64,000 nt of DNA, from assembly GCA_040954595.2 (NCBI GenBank), contig CM082580.2, positions 2,842,783 to 2,906,782 on the forward strand, written 5' to 3'. The notes under the pieces were generated by a model. That model had not been told where the DNA came from and did no database searches. It saw only the letters and a list, made by a program, of their open reading frames with translations. This stretch comes from Balanoglossus misakiensis. Its lineage: Eukaryota; Animalia; Hemichordata. Numbering within the stretch: position 1 is the stretch's first letter; every line of letters begins with the position of its first letter. The position numbers and the translations under genes were made by a program. Below are positions 44,917-58,910 of the stretch, in pieces.

Positions 44917-45224
44917 TTAAGCAATAAAACACCCCCAGCCATGGTATACCTCGAGATTTTGACAAGTTCACGACATATACGCACGAGCGTGGAGTTGAAC
45001 TGGTCAAAATCGAGTGGTATACCATGGCTGGGGGTGTTTTATTGCTATTATATTATACCAGTATATTGAAACTTTGCATAAAACATTTTAAAAAGGCATT
45101 TTCTTTGACTATGAGTTTTGCGTGATATATGACTGTGGTATGTGACGAATATATCACAGTCACGTGTCGTGTCTCGACCAATAAAATAGCGTGATTTACA
45201 CCATCAATATACTGGTATAATATA
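44917..45224. mobile_element. Element with two successive inverted-repeat pairs (Crypton-like non-autonomous), copy 1
   Basis: ttaagcaataaaacacccccagccatggtatacc...ggtataccatggctgggggtgttttattgct, then tatattataccagtatattg...caatatactggtataatata. Near-identical to 61333-61656. Confidence 0.7.
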
Positions 45225-46958
45225 AAAGAATATTTATGCTATACTTTCAGCTGTATTGTAGGATTTCTCCTTAAAGGGACAGAGTCACCCACTTTTATAT
45301 TGCACATTGATTTGTTGTTACAATTCAAATCACACCCTGTATATGGATTTAAACACATGAATTCTTCAATCATTCAATCATTGCTCTGTCTCAATGTCCA
45401 GTGTTCTATGTTGTATGGTTGACATTTGCAAATTACCAATCAAATTACCAGCCTAAGATTTGCTATGTGACGGGTGAAGAATGTGGAAGTCATTCTTGTT
45501 TAGCCAGAGCTTGACTTCAGCTCCATGATGTACACAAAGAAGAACTCAGGCAGATTTTGCTGGGAAACTGCAGAAATATGCATCATTAGAATTAGCCAAT
45601 CACTGATCATTTCACACTGTCCTCAGTACAGTACAACATGTTTACAACATGTTGGTTCGGACATGCACTTTCATGTTTTACTTCATTGTATTTTATGTAT
45701 GAGCACACACTCAAAATAAAGGTTAATCAATAATTAATATTAATATATTAATATTATAAGGAGATTTCTTGGGCCCTTGTACAAACCAAACCGCATAAAA
45801 CACCAAATGAGCAGTTTCTGAGAAACAGATTTTTTAAACAAAAATAAAGTTGCCCCCAAAATACATTATTGACACTTTCTACATACATAAATACACACAT
45901 ACACATGCATATACAAATATCAAATGTGAGTTAAAAATGTGACAGACAATTTTGTTGACAGAAGTGAAAGCAATATTTATGTTTACACTATTAAACTCAG
46001 CCCTTGTCACTGTTCACAGCATTCATACAGATGCTGGTGGCACAGACAGAAATTTCAGAGTCTGTCACAACTCAGTGTCCAAAGCTTTGTGAAGTAGAGA
46101 TCTGTTCTCACAGCCCTGGAATACAAATCTCTACAACAGCCACTGTAACAAGCCTTGCCTTACACCACAGGGTCGTATCGGGGTTGGTGGAGGGCAAGTC
46201 ACAGGAGTAAAATTGTTTTGCTTACATGTATCAATAAGTAGAAAATGTTAATTTTGTTCATGGAAAGCACATCACAGAAGTAGGGAATTGCAGATCATTC
46301 TTCATAAAGTAATGATATGTTAATAAGCTGTCTTGAAAATTAAAACACTGGTCAATGGAACAAAGTAAATCAAGCTAATTTCATAATGGAGCATCGTGCA
46401 TGCAGTCACTTATTTTAGAGCCTGATAAAAACAACCCATGTTTCAATACACTCATAGAACACTGTATGTGACAAACAGATTACGAAACCTTTTTTGTCAA
46501 ATCATTGCTCTACTCCTCACAATGTGACGTCTATCTCTTGGTTCCTACATAGCATTTATGTACTTCCTAGCTTCGATCAGCAGAGCTATTTCTTCAGGTA
46601 CAAATTTCAACAGTAGTTTGACTTTTGGACAGAAGAGCATGTACTTTTGATCATTTTCCTATGAACAGTGAGAATGGAATGTTTTTTCAGAATGACACAC
46701 AGATAACTGCAATACATATTCATAATTTGTGACTATGATCTTTCAAAAGATTTATAGCATATGATATATTCTAAAATGTGCTTCAACACTTAAAATGCCA
46801 ATAATAATTATATTATTTCATATATCTAAATTCAATCTCACAATACTCTGACAATATATTAGTCTAGATAAGCCATAACAATACATGAATTATAACATTG
46901 ACTCTTACTCCAATGTCCTGTAAGAAGAAACTCCAAAGTTTTTGTAAGCGCTGTAATG

Positions 46959-49900
46959 TTAGTGGTTGGCATTACAATTGTCATGGACTTTGCCGTTGTT
47001 GGTTGGTTCGTCTTCATCAGAGCTTGTCTCCTCACAATCGCTACGGTCATCTTTCTCAACCTGAAAAATACAGCGGTCAGGTACTCATGTTAAAGCAACC
47101 GTCACACACTATGTTAGGCTCGTTTTTCTTTACTTTAAATGATGTGCATATGTACATTATGGTACAGTGTCTTGTACCAAATTTGCATGAAATTAGTCCA
47201 GGCATGTCTGAGTAATGGCTTTGAACAGACACAGCACAAAAATTCACCTTCTCAACACACTCGTATAATATTAAATGCCTCAGCCCTCATGTTAAGGCAA
47301 GGCTGATTTTGGTAACACTTATTAAAGGGACAAAGTCTCTCTCTCGCTGCCCCTTTTCCATTCATTATGTTTGATACAAGACACCGTTTATGTTATTCAA
47401 CATGTGGATATAAAGTGAATCAACGTTCAACCACACACAACTTCCATCCCACTTGTAGACACAACAGTGCAAAATTTGCCAAAATGAATAATCGGTCTCT
47501 ACCATTTATTCATTTTGAGCGAGTTTTTACTCTCATATCCTACAAATGGGATGGAAGTTGTGTGTGGCCGAACGTTGATTCACTATATAACCACATGTAC
47601 ATAAACATAAACAGTGTCTTGTATCAAACATAATCAATGGAAAAGGGGCAGTGAGAGAGAGACTTTGTCCCTTTAAGCTCACTGCTTTATAAGTATCCTA
47701 GAGTAGAAAATAGGCTAATGTTCTATGCAACATGTTGTGGATGAACTCACCTTGCCAGAACGCAAAGCCTTGAAAACCATTCGTACGATGATGGAGAACC
47801 AGAAGATGTGTAAAAGTTGCAAGACAGAAAGAAGCCCATTGAAAATCCACCAGGACGTGTATGGACCAATGATATCACGGCTTTCTATGGCTGCACTCTT
47901 TAAAACACTGCAAAGTGAAACAAAATTGTGTTTTGTCAGTATATACTGTAAAACACTTTATTTTCGCGAGTTGAAATTTTCGCGATATCGAGAGAGGCCA
48001 CTGTTTCGCGAGTATTAATTTTCGCGTTCTCTTATTTCATTCACTGCATCGTTATCTTAAAAAAAATTATGTGACTTTTTATTTTTACGCTATTTTGGCT
48101 CTTGCGTATTTCGCAAAAATTTATTGCTCGCGAAAATAAAGTGTTTTACAGTAGTTTACTTTTATGTATGTGTGTGTGTGGGGGGGGGGGGCAGCATTAT
48201 TGGACCATCACGTGTGTGTTTTTGTCTCAAAGATTGCATGGTACACTACACTGTACAGTTGTGTTGCCTGGCTCATGGCTCTCTTTGCCTATGTCTGTCC
48301 TGCGTTAGTAGTACATGTTTATTGGTAGATTTGTTGAGTGCATATATGGGCGGTCGGAACAAACACATAATACACTAAGATATTCTAGACAGAATTAATA
48401 AGCAAGGTGCCATTTATTGGTACATGCTGGTGAGCTTATTGCAACTGACTGAAATGTAAACACGAGCAGCCGGGATCGAGCATTAAACATGCAGCAGACG
48501 ACAAAATGTGACAAGACGGGCATCGCGCATGGCAAAGTGTCAAATATTCCCACAGAGCAGTTCCAAAATAAAACGTCTGCAAATTCTACCTTGTTTTCAT
48601 TTTATTTATTTGGTTTAACCCCACATTTTCCCTGTTGCATGCTGATTCGGGGGCCCGTATTAAGCATGATATTATAATATAATTTCAAATATTTGCACTT
48701 ACTGCAGAGGAAATATCATCAGCCTTGTTACAAAAAACACTATGCCAAAGCAGAGGAAGAGAAGATCACAGATTTTCTGGAACTTGCCATAGTTGGTCAT
48801 CTTAGCAGCCTGAAAGAAAAAAGATTGTGGAAAAAAGTTGATATGTGTAGTGTAGGTCATAATTACTGCAGAGAAATTAGTTGAAACTTGCCTCCCAGAA
48901 TGTCTAGTCACTGCAACGGTTCTTGTCTACTCATTATAATGATACATAACAATCCAAGAATGTGAATAAGTTTAGCACACATCTGATCTGGTGTTATGAA
49001 ACTTTTCACGTCTGGTGCCATTCAGATATGCCGTAACCAATAAAATACATGAAGTGTGTTCTATAGGAAAGTGACAGTTTTACAATGGTTCATATCTAGT
49101 GCACTTGAATCAGTACTAGAATGTGTGTTAATGTTAGATGAACAAGTTCTGACACACTCGTGGACATTTATGGAGTATATGATCAGATCAAGATCTTCCC
49201 TGCGAAAACGATCAACAGCAACTACCGGTAAACTCTGTTTATGATCGATATGCACAGCGTTCTTAGAAAGAGTGTGACTTTTAGTCTCTCACCTCCAGGA
49301 GAATGTCGGAACAATCGTGAACCACCATAACCAGCGATCCAATTCGTATCATATTGACTGTCCAGGAAAAGCTGATCAACATGATAGTCACAAGGTGATG
49401 AATAAACATCTGCATGAAATCCTACAAGACAAATACAGTTGTAGTATATGTGAGGTCAACACTTTGCCAGTTTCAACCATTATTCAGGGTTGAAAAGAAC
49501 TAATATGTTTCATGAAACTTTCTCAAGTGTGGACCGTGTATAGATGCATGCACATGCACATACAGAAAAGGAAAACCGTGAATTGAATTACAGTAGAACT
49601 GACTGTAATTCTGTGAAATTTCAACATAAAGATACAAAAGTGTGATTAATCTTGACAGTTAACTTGGCAAGGAGCGCTCAAAAATATAATTGGCCATATA
49701 GAATTCATGACCCCTAATTAACCTTACATCCTGGTATTTTGGTTGGCAATTAATCCACCATTTTGATTTCAAACTCTGTAACAGCCAAAGCTACACTTAA
49801 GGGAGACATACCGAATTTTGAAGCAAAAAAATACCATGTACCAAGACAATACCATGATGCAATCATCTGAAGTCATGAAAAATGGCTCTTTCATATACTT

Positions 49901-52900
49901 TTAAAAATTATTTTCTCATTTACCATTTACTGTAGCATTACATGTGCCTTTTCAAAACCATACTCTATACAAACACAATATTGTATCTGTTGTAGTACAG
50001 ATCCTTGCTTTATGACAAGCCCCATCTGTCACATATGAAGAGGGAGTATTAACTGGCTGCAGCAGCATCATTACTATTAAATTAGTTGCTTACCAAACGA
50101 AGCTAGCACAAGAATAACCACAATTCTCCCTACCCTCTAAACAGGTGTTTGCTACCTAGGTCAATGGTGAAAATCACATATGGTCGACACAGTTTCAAGA
50201 TGGCCGATTTTTGCCATGTTTAAGAAATGGATGTTCATAAGTTAAAATGATATTCAGTCATTCTGAAACTTTGTAACAGAAAAAATGTAAAAGGTGAATG
50301 AGTCATATGCTAACTACAAAGACAAAAAGGAACTCATGAAATACAGTCAACAAATCATTTCTTCTATCTCTCACTACAGTGAGGTGTCGACCTTTTACCC
50401 AGTATGCAATTATTCTATGATTTGACCCCTAGCATAAATTAACCTATTTAAAGGGACAAAGTCTCTCTCTCGCTGCCCTTTTTTTCATTAATTATATTTG
50501 ATACAAGACGCCGTTTGTTATTCTACATGTGGATATATGGTGAATGAACGTTCAACCACACACAACTTCCATCCCTCTTACAGACAGGAGAGTGAAAAAC
50601 TCGCCAAAATGAATACTCGTTCTTTACCATTTATTCATTTTGGGCGAGTTTTTACTTTCATATCATACAAGTGGGATGGAAGTTTTGTGTGGTTGAACGT
50701 TGATTCACTATATATCCACATGTACATTAACATAAACAGTGTCTTGTATCAAACATTTTTAATGGAAATGGGGCAGCTGGAGAGAGACTTTGTCCCTTTA
50801 AGGCAGCCAGAATTGCTTGGAACTTTACATGAAGTTGCCATGGAACCAATGTCAACTTAGATGTAGATGTGCTGCTTCAAAAGTGCTGAGATAAAGTGCA
50901 GTTATCAGAAGAAAGCACAGTGCGATGATAATGCTTATGTATCTTGGTAGATCAAATTAGGAAAAAACAGTCCTTGGCCCATAATATACCTGGTTAATAC
51001 CATCTACTGTCGTCATGATTTTGCTGCCAAATTCTGGTTGGGCAGTAGTTTCATCAATTTAATACATGCCCAATGATGTTTGCTTTCTTAGTACCACTCT
51101 AATATAATCATAGAATCTTTTTCACAAAAAGGGCTCTTCCATCATGTTATTTCTGAGGCGAAGTGAAACAGTCTTCAGTCAATATCTAACACCATAGATT
51201 TTTAGAATATTCAAACAAAATATGTTAAAATGCATTCAGAAGACTACACACTTGTCCCTCATGAATTTTCATGACATAGCCAAATTGTTTTCACCTTTAT
51301 ATTTCCCATGTAAAGGCTTTAAGCAAATTTTTCTAACATATACAAACTTTCATTGTTCTTGTTTACAAAACATTTTGATTTGATATATGTCAATAAGCGC
51401 ACAACATAAATTGTATCCTAAAGACATAATGGATGATGATTTCAGCACTTTCAGAAAGCAAAACAAAAGTTGATGTTTTTTCCAGGACTGGATATATCTC
51501 TAATTTGGTGTACCAAGACACAGCACCTTAATGTAATATCATGGTTCATTACCTTTCTTTTCACATCAAGAAACTGAGAAAATACAAGTGACCAGTAAAA
51601 TGACAGCTGTATCAGGTAATATTTCTCAATTGAGTCTGTCAGTGGCTGTGTGACAGAGAGAATAAGAATTAGTAGGAAAGAGGCAATGCTATCAAGCTTA
51701 TATTACTGCAAGATTGTTATAGTGTTGTTACGGTGAACAAATCAAAGTTAAAATGCAAGCATACTTTTTAAAAGCAACAGAAAGCATAGCAGACTTGCAG
51801 CAGTGATGACTAGACTAGCAAACATCAACAGATAGAAATCTTTAGCTGTGTCACATTGACTGACAGCTACTTTGTATAGTTAGATTTATACAATTATCCC
51901 TATAAATCCAGAGTTCCTATTTGATGAATCCTGTCAGCTAGTCTTTGCAGTTTCTCATCAAACAAGCGACTTAGCAGCCGATACAGCTCCGCTGTGAATT
52001 ATAAACAAGACAAGTTTCATAATTGAATGGCGCACTTTTCTTGAGACTCGGACAAACTTGACAGCGGAGCTAAAAAGGCAAATTTGTGATTTCATAAAAA
52101 TATGGTAATGCAAAATTCGTCACAATTTCAACAAATTTGATCTACCCCAAAGACATTACTCAATGGACTGTTTAGCATGACTCAAATTCTCTTTGGGAGA
52201 CACATGCGTGTTTACCCACAAGGACAGTCAATATAATGCATATCACTACGATTGGAAAACAGGTGACCACTGGCAAAAAAAAAGTGTGCGCAAAAATTGC
52301 TAAAAATGTTACCTGCAAATTTAGTGGAAAATTTGGGAATGTTAAGTTCCTCATGAAAACAACCAAAACCTTAATTTTTGAAAGGCTGAATTAAAACTGT
52401 ATACATCTTTGCATACCATTGAAAGATTTTAGTGAGCTATTATTTTTAAATCATATTTTGATGATTACAAACAATGGCCACAAAAATGTGTGATACCTGC
52501 CAAGTGATATATAGGTGGCATTCAGATACTGAATGAAAATCATGTATTTGTCAGACTGTAAGACAGAATTTGATTGGCTTTTGCTACAATTAGTTTCACT
52601 TACCTGATAAGGGTAATTGTACCAGCAGTGTCTAGTGTCCCACGCCCAGACTTCCTCTTTCAAAAATTGGACTCCATAAATGAAAGTCGACAGGTAGTAG
52701 GTAAACCTCCAACTGAAAATGCAATGATGCAGTGAAGTCATTTACTCCTGGGTGGGGATGGGGAGAAGCAATGAGAAGTAAAGTGCCTTGCTCAAGGAAC
52801 ACAACACCACAGCCATGCCAGGGCAGGGCTCCAACCCGCGATCCTCTGATTACGAGTCCACTGCTGTACACCAAATACCAAAGTATTTTACAGATATATG

Positions 52901-55900
52901 TACAGTAAAACCTGTCTAAACCGAACTCTGTCTAATCTGAAAACCTGTCTGTACCGAACACATTTTCCAGTCACCTCGACATAGAACCACATGTTACAAA
53001 AACCTCTATAAACCAGACACCTCTGCAAACCGAAGAATTTCTTCAGTCCCTTTGGTGTTCGGTTTAGACAGGTTTTACTGTATTTGTAATAGACGGATGA
53101 TACAAACACACTTAAATGGAATGCATTGACAAATGGGAGTTAAATTCTCTGTCAGAGTTGACATTGGGAAATTACATCACCAAAATGAGGGGGGGGGGGG
53201 TTCTCAGTAAACTGATGTATCCATTTTTGATCAGATACCGTCATTTTTTTTATGTATACATTCCTCTTCTTAACTTTGATCCACGGCTTGGGAACGTCTA
53301 GTTATAGCATGTTTGTATTGTGAACAGGTGAGGGACTGCAAAGCTGGCTTCTAATATTACAGTGCAGAACTTTTTAGCATCTTGAAAATCACCAGGACTG
53401 ACTGCATTTCCTTCACTAGATTCCAACCAGTTAATTAAAATGCATATTCTTTTCTCTCACCTGCTTTCACAAAACTTCTTCAACATGGTTGGTCTGTCTT
53501 GATTACGACGACGTCGGAACCATCTCTCCACTTGGCGAGGACTCCAATCCAGCTGTTTAGACAGTCCTTCCACGTGTTTTTTGGATGGATTGTTTGTTAC
53601 AGTCTTGAAGACCTTCTCAAGTATAGTATTGGGTTCAGCTACATCCACACTTTTGGTTTTTATACCCAAGCACATTGCAACTGGAGTGGCAATAAATCTG
53701 TCATGAAGAAAACAAAAATTGATTTTCATTATTTAATACAATATCAAAGTTAAGAGAAATGTCGGAAGCATATCATCATTACAACCACAAAATGAGTAAG
53801 TAAGATTTTAGTCTGGTGCCCTGCCTCATTCTCACCGCTGGCTGTGCTACGCTAAAGGAAAGGGTCAGGCATGGCCGTTTGTAAACATGGCTCTCATTGG
53901 CGTACGGACATTGGAGGCATCCATCTTGTTTATGATCACACGGTCTTTGTTTCATTATAATATGCTGGCCATGTTTTTGGCCAAGATCGGCCCGTACCTG
54001 ACCCCTTTCCCTTTAGCATAGCGCAGCCAGCGGTTGGAATGGGGCAGGGGACCAGACTAGAAATTTGAACATTGTTGAATGATGAATGGTTGTTGGACCA
54101 GCTGTTGTAAAAACTATATACATGTACATATTACATAGATATGTAAATGCAAAAAGTGAAGTTCACTAATTTAAACTGAATGATTCATTTTTGTTGTGTT
54201 GAATAATGAATACAAATACATTGTGACAGACAAAAATCAAATCTAAAATTAAAATGGAGAGAATGTAGTAAGTCATAACAAGCAAGTTATCTTCAATGTC
54301 AGTTTCTGCAGTTACGTTCAATGTTCATACATGTATTAGAAGAAGTCAAATTTTGACAGGTATAATGCTCTGATCATAAATTCTTGATTTTTTTACTTTT
54401 GATCATTTTCACATTTCAACTCATTTGTACATTTAAGTAGTGACAACTTCATTTGAATAAATTTTTGCATGGAAGCTAAAAATGACCCCTTCAAGATATC
54501 ATACGACACCTTATGATGTAAATCAATTTCCCTCAGAGTCATGGTTTGAGTCAATCTGATTAAAATCAGATGTAGGGAATGGCGACTTGGTTTTTTTTTA
54601 TGCTGTCGCCTCACACTACTAGTGTGAGGCGACAACAGAAAAAAACCATGGCGCCGTTCCCTACATCTGATTTTAATCAGATTGGGTTTGAGTGTACCCA
54701 TGCAATGAGTGATAGGACTGGGATATAACGGCATAAAAATAATTAATTTCTGAAAACAATAGATCCAAAACCTCAAAAATAACTCAAATTGTTTTTCAAA
54801 GAAAACTTTTAAACACCATCCAAAAATGATATCAAACATGTCGACAATTAACGCTGCAAGCTGCATGGAAAGTCGTCTGACAAATTATTTGGTCAAATTT
54901 AAATTTTGGAGAAAAAAATACAAAGCTGCTCCATTCTTAGTCTAAGTTACCCAGACTCCTCTGCTTTGTCCGTTGCCCTCCAGAAAGAGGGTCTGGGGAA
55001 ATACCATTGATAAATCTTCAAACAAAGATGGCTGACTTTAGGCAAAAGCGATGCATGATGGTTGACATTTATGACATTTGATATTATGATATGACGGTAT
55101 TAGAAAACTATTTACCAAACTTCTCTCTTCAATTTGTAGACAGATTCAGCAGGTCCAGCACTAATTCTCAGCAACGGAAGAAGCAGAGGAGTCTGGGTAA
55201 CCGAGACTCCTCCATTCTACACAATTTGAGCAAGCTAAATATCAAATATCAAAGTTGTTTATCCAACCATTTTGGTGGGAATAATGATACTTGATCAAAA
55301 GTGACAAATTTGCCTTAAAATATGATGTTGGAATTTTTTTGTCATTTGAACAGAATTTTAAAAGCACAAAAAATACTTAGCTGTTAGACAAGTTAAATAT
55401 GCAGTTTCCAAGAGGATATTTTACTGAGAATGAAAGCAAGCATTAAAAATAAATATAAAATCAGCTGTATCTAAGATACCTATAAACCAATTTTCAAAAT
55501 GACCAGTAGTTCTTGAGTTTTTGATGTTTAACCATTATTCATATTTTAGCTCATTTACATATTTGTGGCAGTCAACAACAACTTACAAATTCCCATCAAC
55601 AGGGCAGGATGCACTTAATACACAATAAAAAAAGATGATTTGTGCAACAATTTTCAAGTTCTTGATGATACATACATACATACATACATACATACATACA
55701 TACATACATACATACATACATACATACATACATACATACATACATACATACATACATACATACATACATACATACATACATACATACATACATACATACA
55801 TACATACATACATACATACATACATACATACATACATACATGAGCAGCTTTCATGTGTGCATGTTAAAGGTATACGGTCACCTATACAAATTTAGCCACA

Positions 55901-57012
55901 GTTACCATGGTAAATTGAGATCTAACCAATCACAGATTTTCAGTGGGTGGCACACGCGAAAATAAAGCGTTCTTTAGAACACTCAAATACGCCATTTCAA
56001 CTATATATGGCGATATGTAAATTGGAGGTGACCGTATACCTTTAATGTATGCAAATATAGGCTATTAATGCACTACAATTTGCTGAAATAGACGAGTTTT
56101 TTATTTTAAAACATCTCCTTGTCTCACGCCACATTTGTCTCCTGGCACATCAGTATAATTAGCCTCGTTCGTCCCCCAAGGTGTCTGTCAATACAAGTTT
56201 CAACCATATACCACAGTCCCTCCAATTAATGAGATATCACACTAATGATCACACGAACTGTGATGTAACTAATGCAAATAAGATGGGAAGTCAACCAGTT
56301 ATAAGTGTTTTGTGATGAGTGGACACAGAAGAAATATCCACCATTGTTGTTGCTGTTGTTGTTACTAATATGACCATTCTTATTGTCCCTTCCATTCAAA
56401 CCTAAACCCATTGTTCCCTGTACATGTATTCCGTTACTCATAAAAGAGGTTGTCTTGTCATCATGTTATTGTTAAGATGCTGGATTGATATGGTAACGGT
56501 ATATTTACAAAATGTGTACTCGGTATTGAAAATAAACTGGAGAAAGTGATGAAATACCAAAGTCAAACGGATTCCTAAATATTCTCACAACAGTCCAAGT
56601 AATTATCAAACCCACTACAATTCGCGCTGTTTTTTTTTCTCTCTCTCTCCGTGGATTGACTTGCGCGACAGTGTAGTAAGACAACGGTGTACATAACATG
56701 CATAAATGGTGACTTTACAAGTCGATGGGAAAATTATTAAGCGTGTGTATATACTATAAATAATAAAATTGATTACAGCTAGTAATCGTAAACAGCATGC
56801 TGAATATAGATCGTCACACTGTCTGCGAATATGACTATTTACCTTTCAAAGACAATTCTGATGAAAAAGATGAGCAGAGCATACGGGAATACCATGTATA
56901 GATCTTCAATCTGAGGAAACCTTGCCTCATCCGAATTTCTCAGATCTGCCCATGTTGCATTGCTTGGAAGCCAAAACCGTTCGTTCCAGAACCATGAACT
57001 TGCGACTGGCAT
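46959..57012 (-). CDS. Ceramide synthase (CerS2-6/LASS type, Hox-like plus TLC domain), 8 exons, ~367 aa
   Basis: Exons 57012-56843, 53697-53461, 52712-52604, 51645-51553, 49421-49293, 48809-48703, 47907-47751 and 47060-46959 join in phase. Motifs: [55 protein letters not shown], the Lag1p motif [14 protein letters not shown], and the acidic tail [14 protein letters not shown]. Confidence 0.95.
47322..47676. mobile_element. Fold-back MITE family A, full copy, TTAA TSD (Kolobok-like AGG termini)
   Basis: TTAA-agggacaaagtctctctctcgctgccc ... ggggcagtgagagagactttgtccct-TTAA, with ~125-bp inverted arms. Confidence 0.88.
47945..48153. mobile_element. MITE with TA flanks
   Basis: tactgtaaaacactttattttcgcgag / ctcgcgaaaataaagtgttttacagta. 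Confidence 0.75.
48395..48680. repeat. Interspersed repeat, diverged copy related to 58500-58862
   Basis: Shared blocks gtgacaagac.ggcatc.cgca, caaatattccc.cagagca, aaaataaaacgtc and cattttccctg.tgcatgct. Confidence 0.6.
50448..50801. mobile_element. Fold-back MITE family A, full copy, TTAA TSD
   Basis: Same structure as 47322-47676. Confidence 0.88.
52741..52870 (-). mobile_element. tRNA-derived SINE 5' part
   Basis: The reverse strand reads gtggactcgtaatcagaggatcgcgggttggagccc (tRNA-like, degenerate B box), then gtgttccttgagcaaggcactttac. Related fragments lie at ~24330-24390, 25440-25610 and 27520-27595. Confidence 0.6.
52901..53082. mobile_element. Tc1/mariner/pogo-like MITE (TA-CAGT...ACTG-TA)
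   Basis: TIR tacagtaaaacctgtctaaaccgaac / gttcggtttagacaggttttactgta. A second copy lies at 59122-59306. Confidence 0.8.
53809..54059. mobile_element. MITE family D, full copy (TAG...CTA termini, Academ-like)
   Basis: ~60-bp imperfect TIRs tagtctggtgccctgcctcattc...gggtcagg / cctgacccc...ggggaccagacta. Confidence 0.7.
54552..54684. mobile_element. Short palindromic MITE (same family as 19761-19868)
   Basis: caatctgattaaaatcagatgtagggaa / ttccctacatctgattttaatcagattg. Confidence 0.75.
54938..55208. mobile_element. MITE family E, full copy
   Basis: TIR agtctaagttacccagactcctctgctt / aagcagaggagtctgggtaaccgagact. Confidence 0.7.
55669..55841. repeat. (TACA)n microsatellite
   Basis: Pure array, seen directly. 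Confidence 0.97.
55864..56045. mobile_element. TTAA-flanked MITE (Kolobok-like)
   Basis: ttaaaggtatacggtcacct / aggtgaccgtatacctttaa. An inverted partial relative lies at ~37895-37995. Confidence 0.75.
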
Positions 57013-57099
57013 TGTGTGTGTTGTATCTGAATAATACAAAGGCGTCCTAAATTCTCCTGTTGTCGTTATTGTACCCTGTTTTTCCACAAACAGGAAAGC

Positions 57100-57519
57100 T
57101 GTGAAGAGATGGTCGGCTGCTTGATTGAGATCCGGAAGTAAATCTTCCCAGTTTTGGACTCAACCACTCGAAATCAGGGAAAGTGACATAAAGAACAGCT
57201 CAGTGAAAACTTTTTGTGCTAGCAGGGACATAGGAAGTTACCTCCGTGGTTTTATCATTTCCTACAATTAATGTTGTCAGACATTTCATGAAATGGTATG
57301 ATTGAATTAGAAAAAAAATGGGAAGTGGTTTATTTTTAAATTGAGCGGGTCATGATTTCCATGCCCATAAAACATTGTGTTATGTGCTCACATGGATGGG
57401 ATAGATCGCTCTTCCCATAGTTTGCCTGGGGAGCATTGTTATCTGAATTCTCGCGTGGTTTCCTCAAACGTGGTTTCAGAACGAGAAGTTGACCTTTTCG
57501 GTTTGGCTGCCATTTTGGT
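57100..57519. promoter_or_regulatory. Probable bidirectional promoter for ceramide synthase and RPL27, including the RPL27 5'TOP non-coding first exon (~57493-57517)
   Basis: ETS motif ccggaagt at 57132-57139. Pyrimidine start ccttttc at 57493, YY1-like gccatttt, and donor gtaagg at 57518. An acceptor (ttgcag) lies just before the RPL27 ATG. Confidence 0.6.
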
Positions 57520-57987
57520 AAGGAGTAAACGATGAAACTGCTCTCGAGCAATCACCAATCATCCACCTTTCTTTAAACTAATTTTGTCTTCTAGCGGGAT
57601 AAAGCAACTTGTCGTCCTCTCCTTCGATGTATAATGAACTTATTTAGCCAGAATGCGGAACGGCTCCCTATTTTATGTTCAATAAATGTCCCATGGTGTA
57701 CCACTGTCCGCGCGAGATCTGGCATGCGCAACATAGGTCAATAACATAGGCTGATAGCAGAATTCTGAAGAGTTGTATATTGGTTGTGCCGTATACAATA
57801 TATATTCATGTACAATGTATATATTCCTTTAGATACGTACAACACTCGCCTTAGCCATAACACTGTTATATTGTAATGTGGTCACGTTAGATTTTAAGTT
57901 AGACCAGCTGTACTCGTACAGTCGTAGGCCGTGTTTTTGCTAAGGTTTTGGTACCTATCATAGGTAAGGGTACATGTAGGCATGTAG

Positions 57988-58082
57988 CTGCAATGATTGT
58001 AGCGGGTGCTGCTAGGTTGAGTGGTGTGTTGCAGTTCGCAGCCTACCACTCAACCTAGCAGCACCCGCTACAATCATTGCAG
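57988..58082. repeat. Perfect 38-bp-arm hairpin (fold-back); related longer copy at 58290-58430
   Basis: ctgcaatgattgtagcgggtgctgctaggttgagtggt ... accactcaacctagcagcacccgctacaatcattgcag. Confidence 0.85.
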
Positions 58083-58910
58083 GTAAGGGAAGTGGGTTGA
58101 GAGTCGTTTCAGCACTAAACTTTTTCGGCCCGAGTCATTTCTGCCTCCAAGGGTGCGTTTGGGTGCACTGTCCTTGGCCCGAGGAACATTATACACCGAA
58201 GGAGAGGATAAGTAGCTTTAACTCGCCAGAAGACCAATATACAGTGCCGGTATACATGAGATTTGAGTACAACTGACATACAGCACGATAGCTGCAATGA
58301 TTGTAGCGGTACCGTAAGCGAGTGCTGCAAGAATGGTGTGTTCGCAGCCCAAGGTGGCCCGCAGGTAGGGATGTGAACACACTAGTCAAGTTGTCAACCT
58401 AGCAGCACCCGCTACAATCATTGCTGCTGGTAGCACAGCCGAGTGCTAAATGGAGCGAATTGTACCAAAATCTTGTGTATACCTGCCCACGGCAGGGGTT
58501 ATTGCTATTATATCAACAATTGATTTTGTGGCATGTCATTGTCATTTTCTTAATGAATCAGCGTCAGAAAAAGAAGTTATAAACATGAACAAAACTCGCA
58601 ATGATGAGCGTAAACACAAGCACCCAGGATCCAGCATTATAAATGAAGCAGGTGACAAAAAGTGACAAGACAGGCATCACGCAAAGCAGCGCCAAATATT
58701 CCCTCAGAGCATTTTGAAAATAAAACGTCCGTAAATTCAACAGTTTTTATTTTATTTGTGTTTTAATGGTAATAACCCTACGCGACTGTGGATTAACCCC
58801 ATATTTTCCCTGGTGCATGCTAGTCCAATCAGAATTGCGAACAGTATCATGATATAATATAATTTGGTGTAATGTTATTCAATCTTATGGTCTCGCCTTG
58901 CAGAGCCAAG

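Noticed and set aside
46905-46961. Stop-codon read-through extension of CerS
   Set aside because: The stop is TAA without a known read-through context, and a short open extension is expected by chance.
55583-55895. MYVC/HTYI repeat ORFs
   Set aside because: They derive from a (TACA)n microsatellite.
56226-56441. Asn/Gly-rich ORF in CerS intron 1 as an alternative exon
   Set aside because: It is low complexity, with no recognisable homology or convincing in-phase splice sites.
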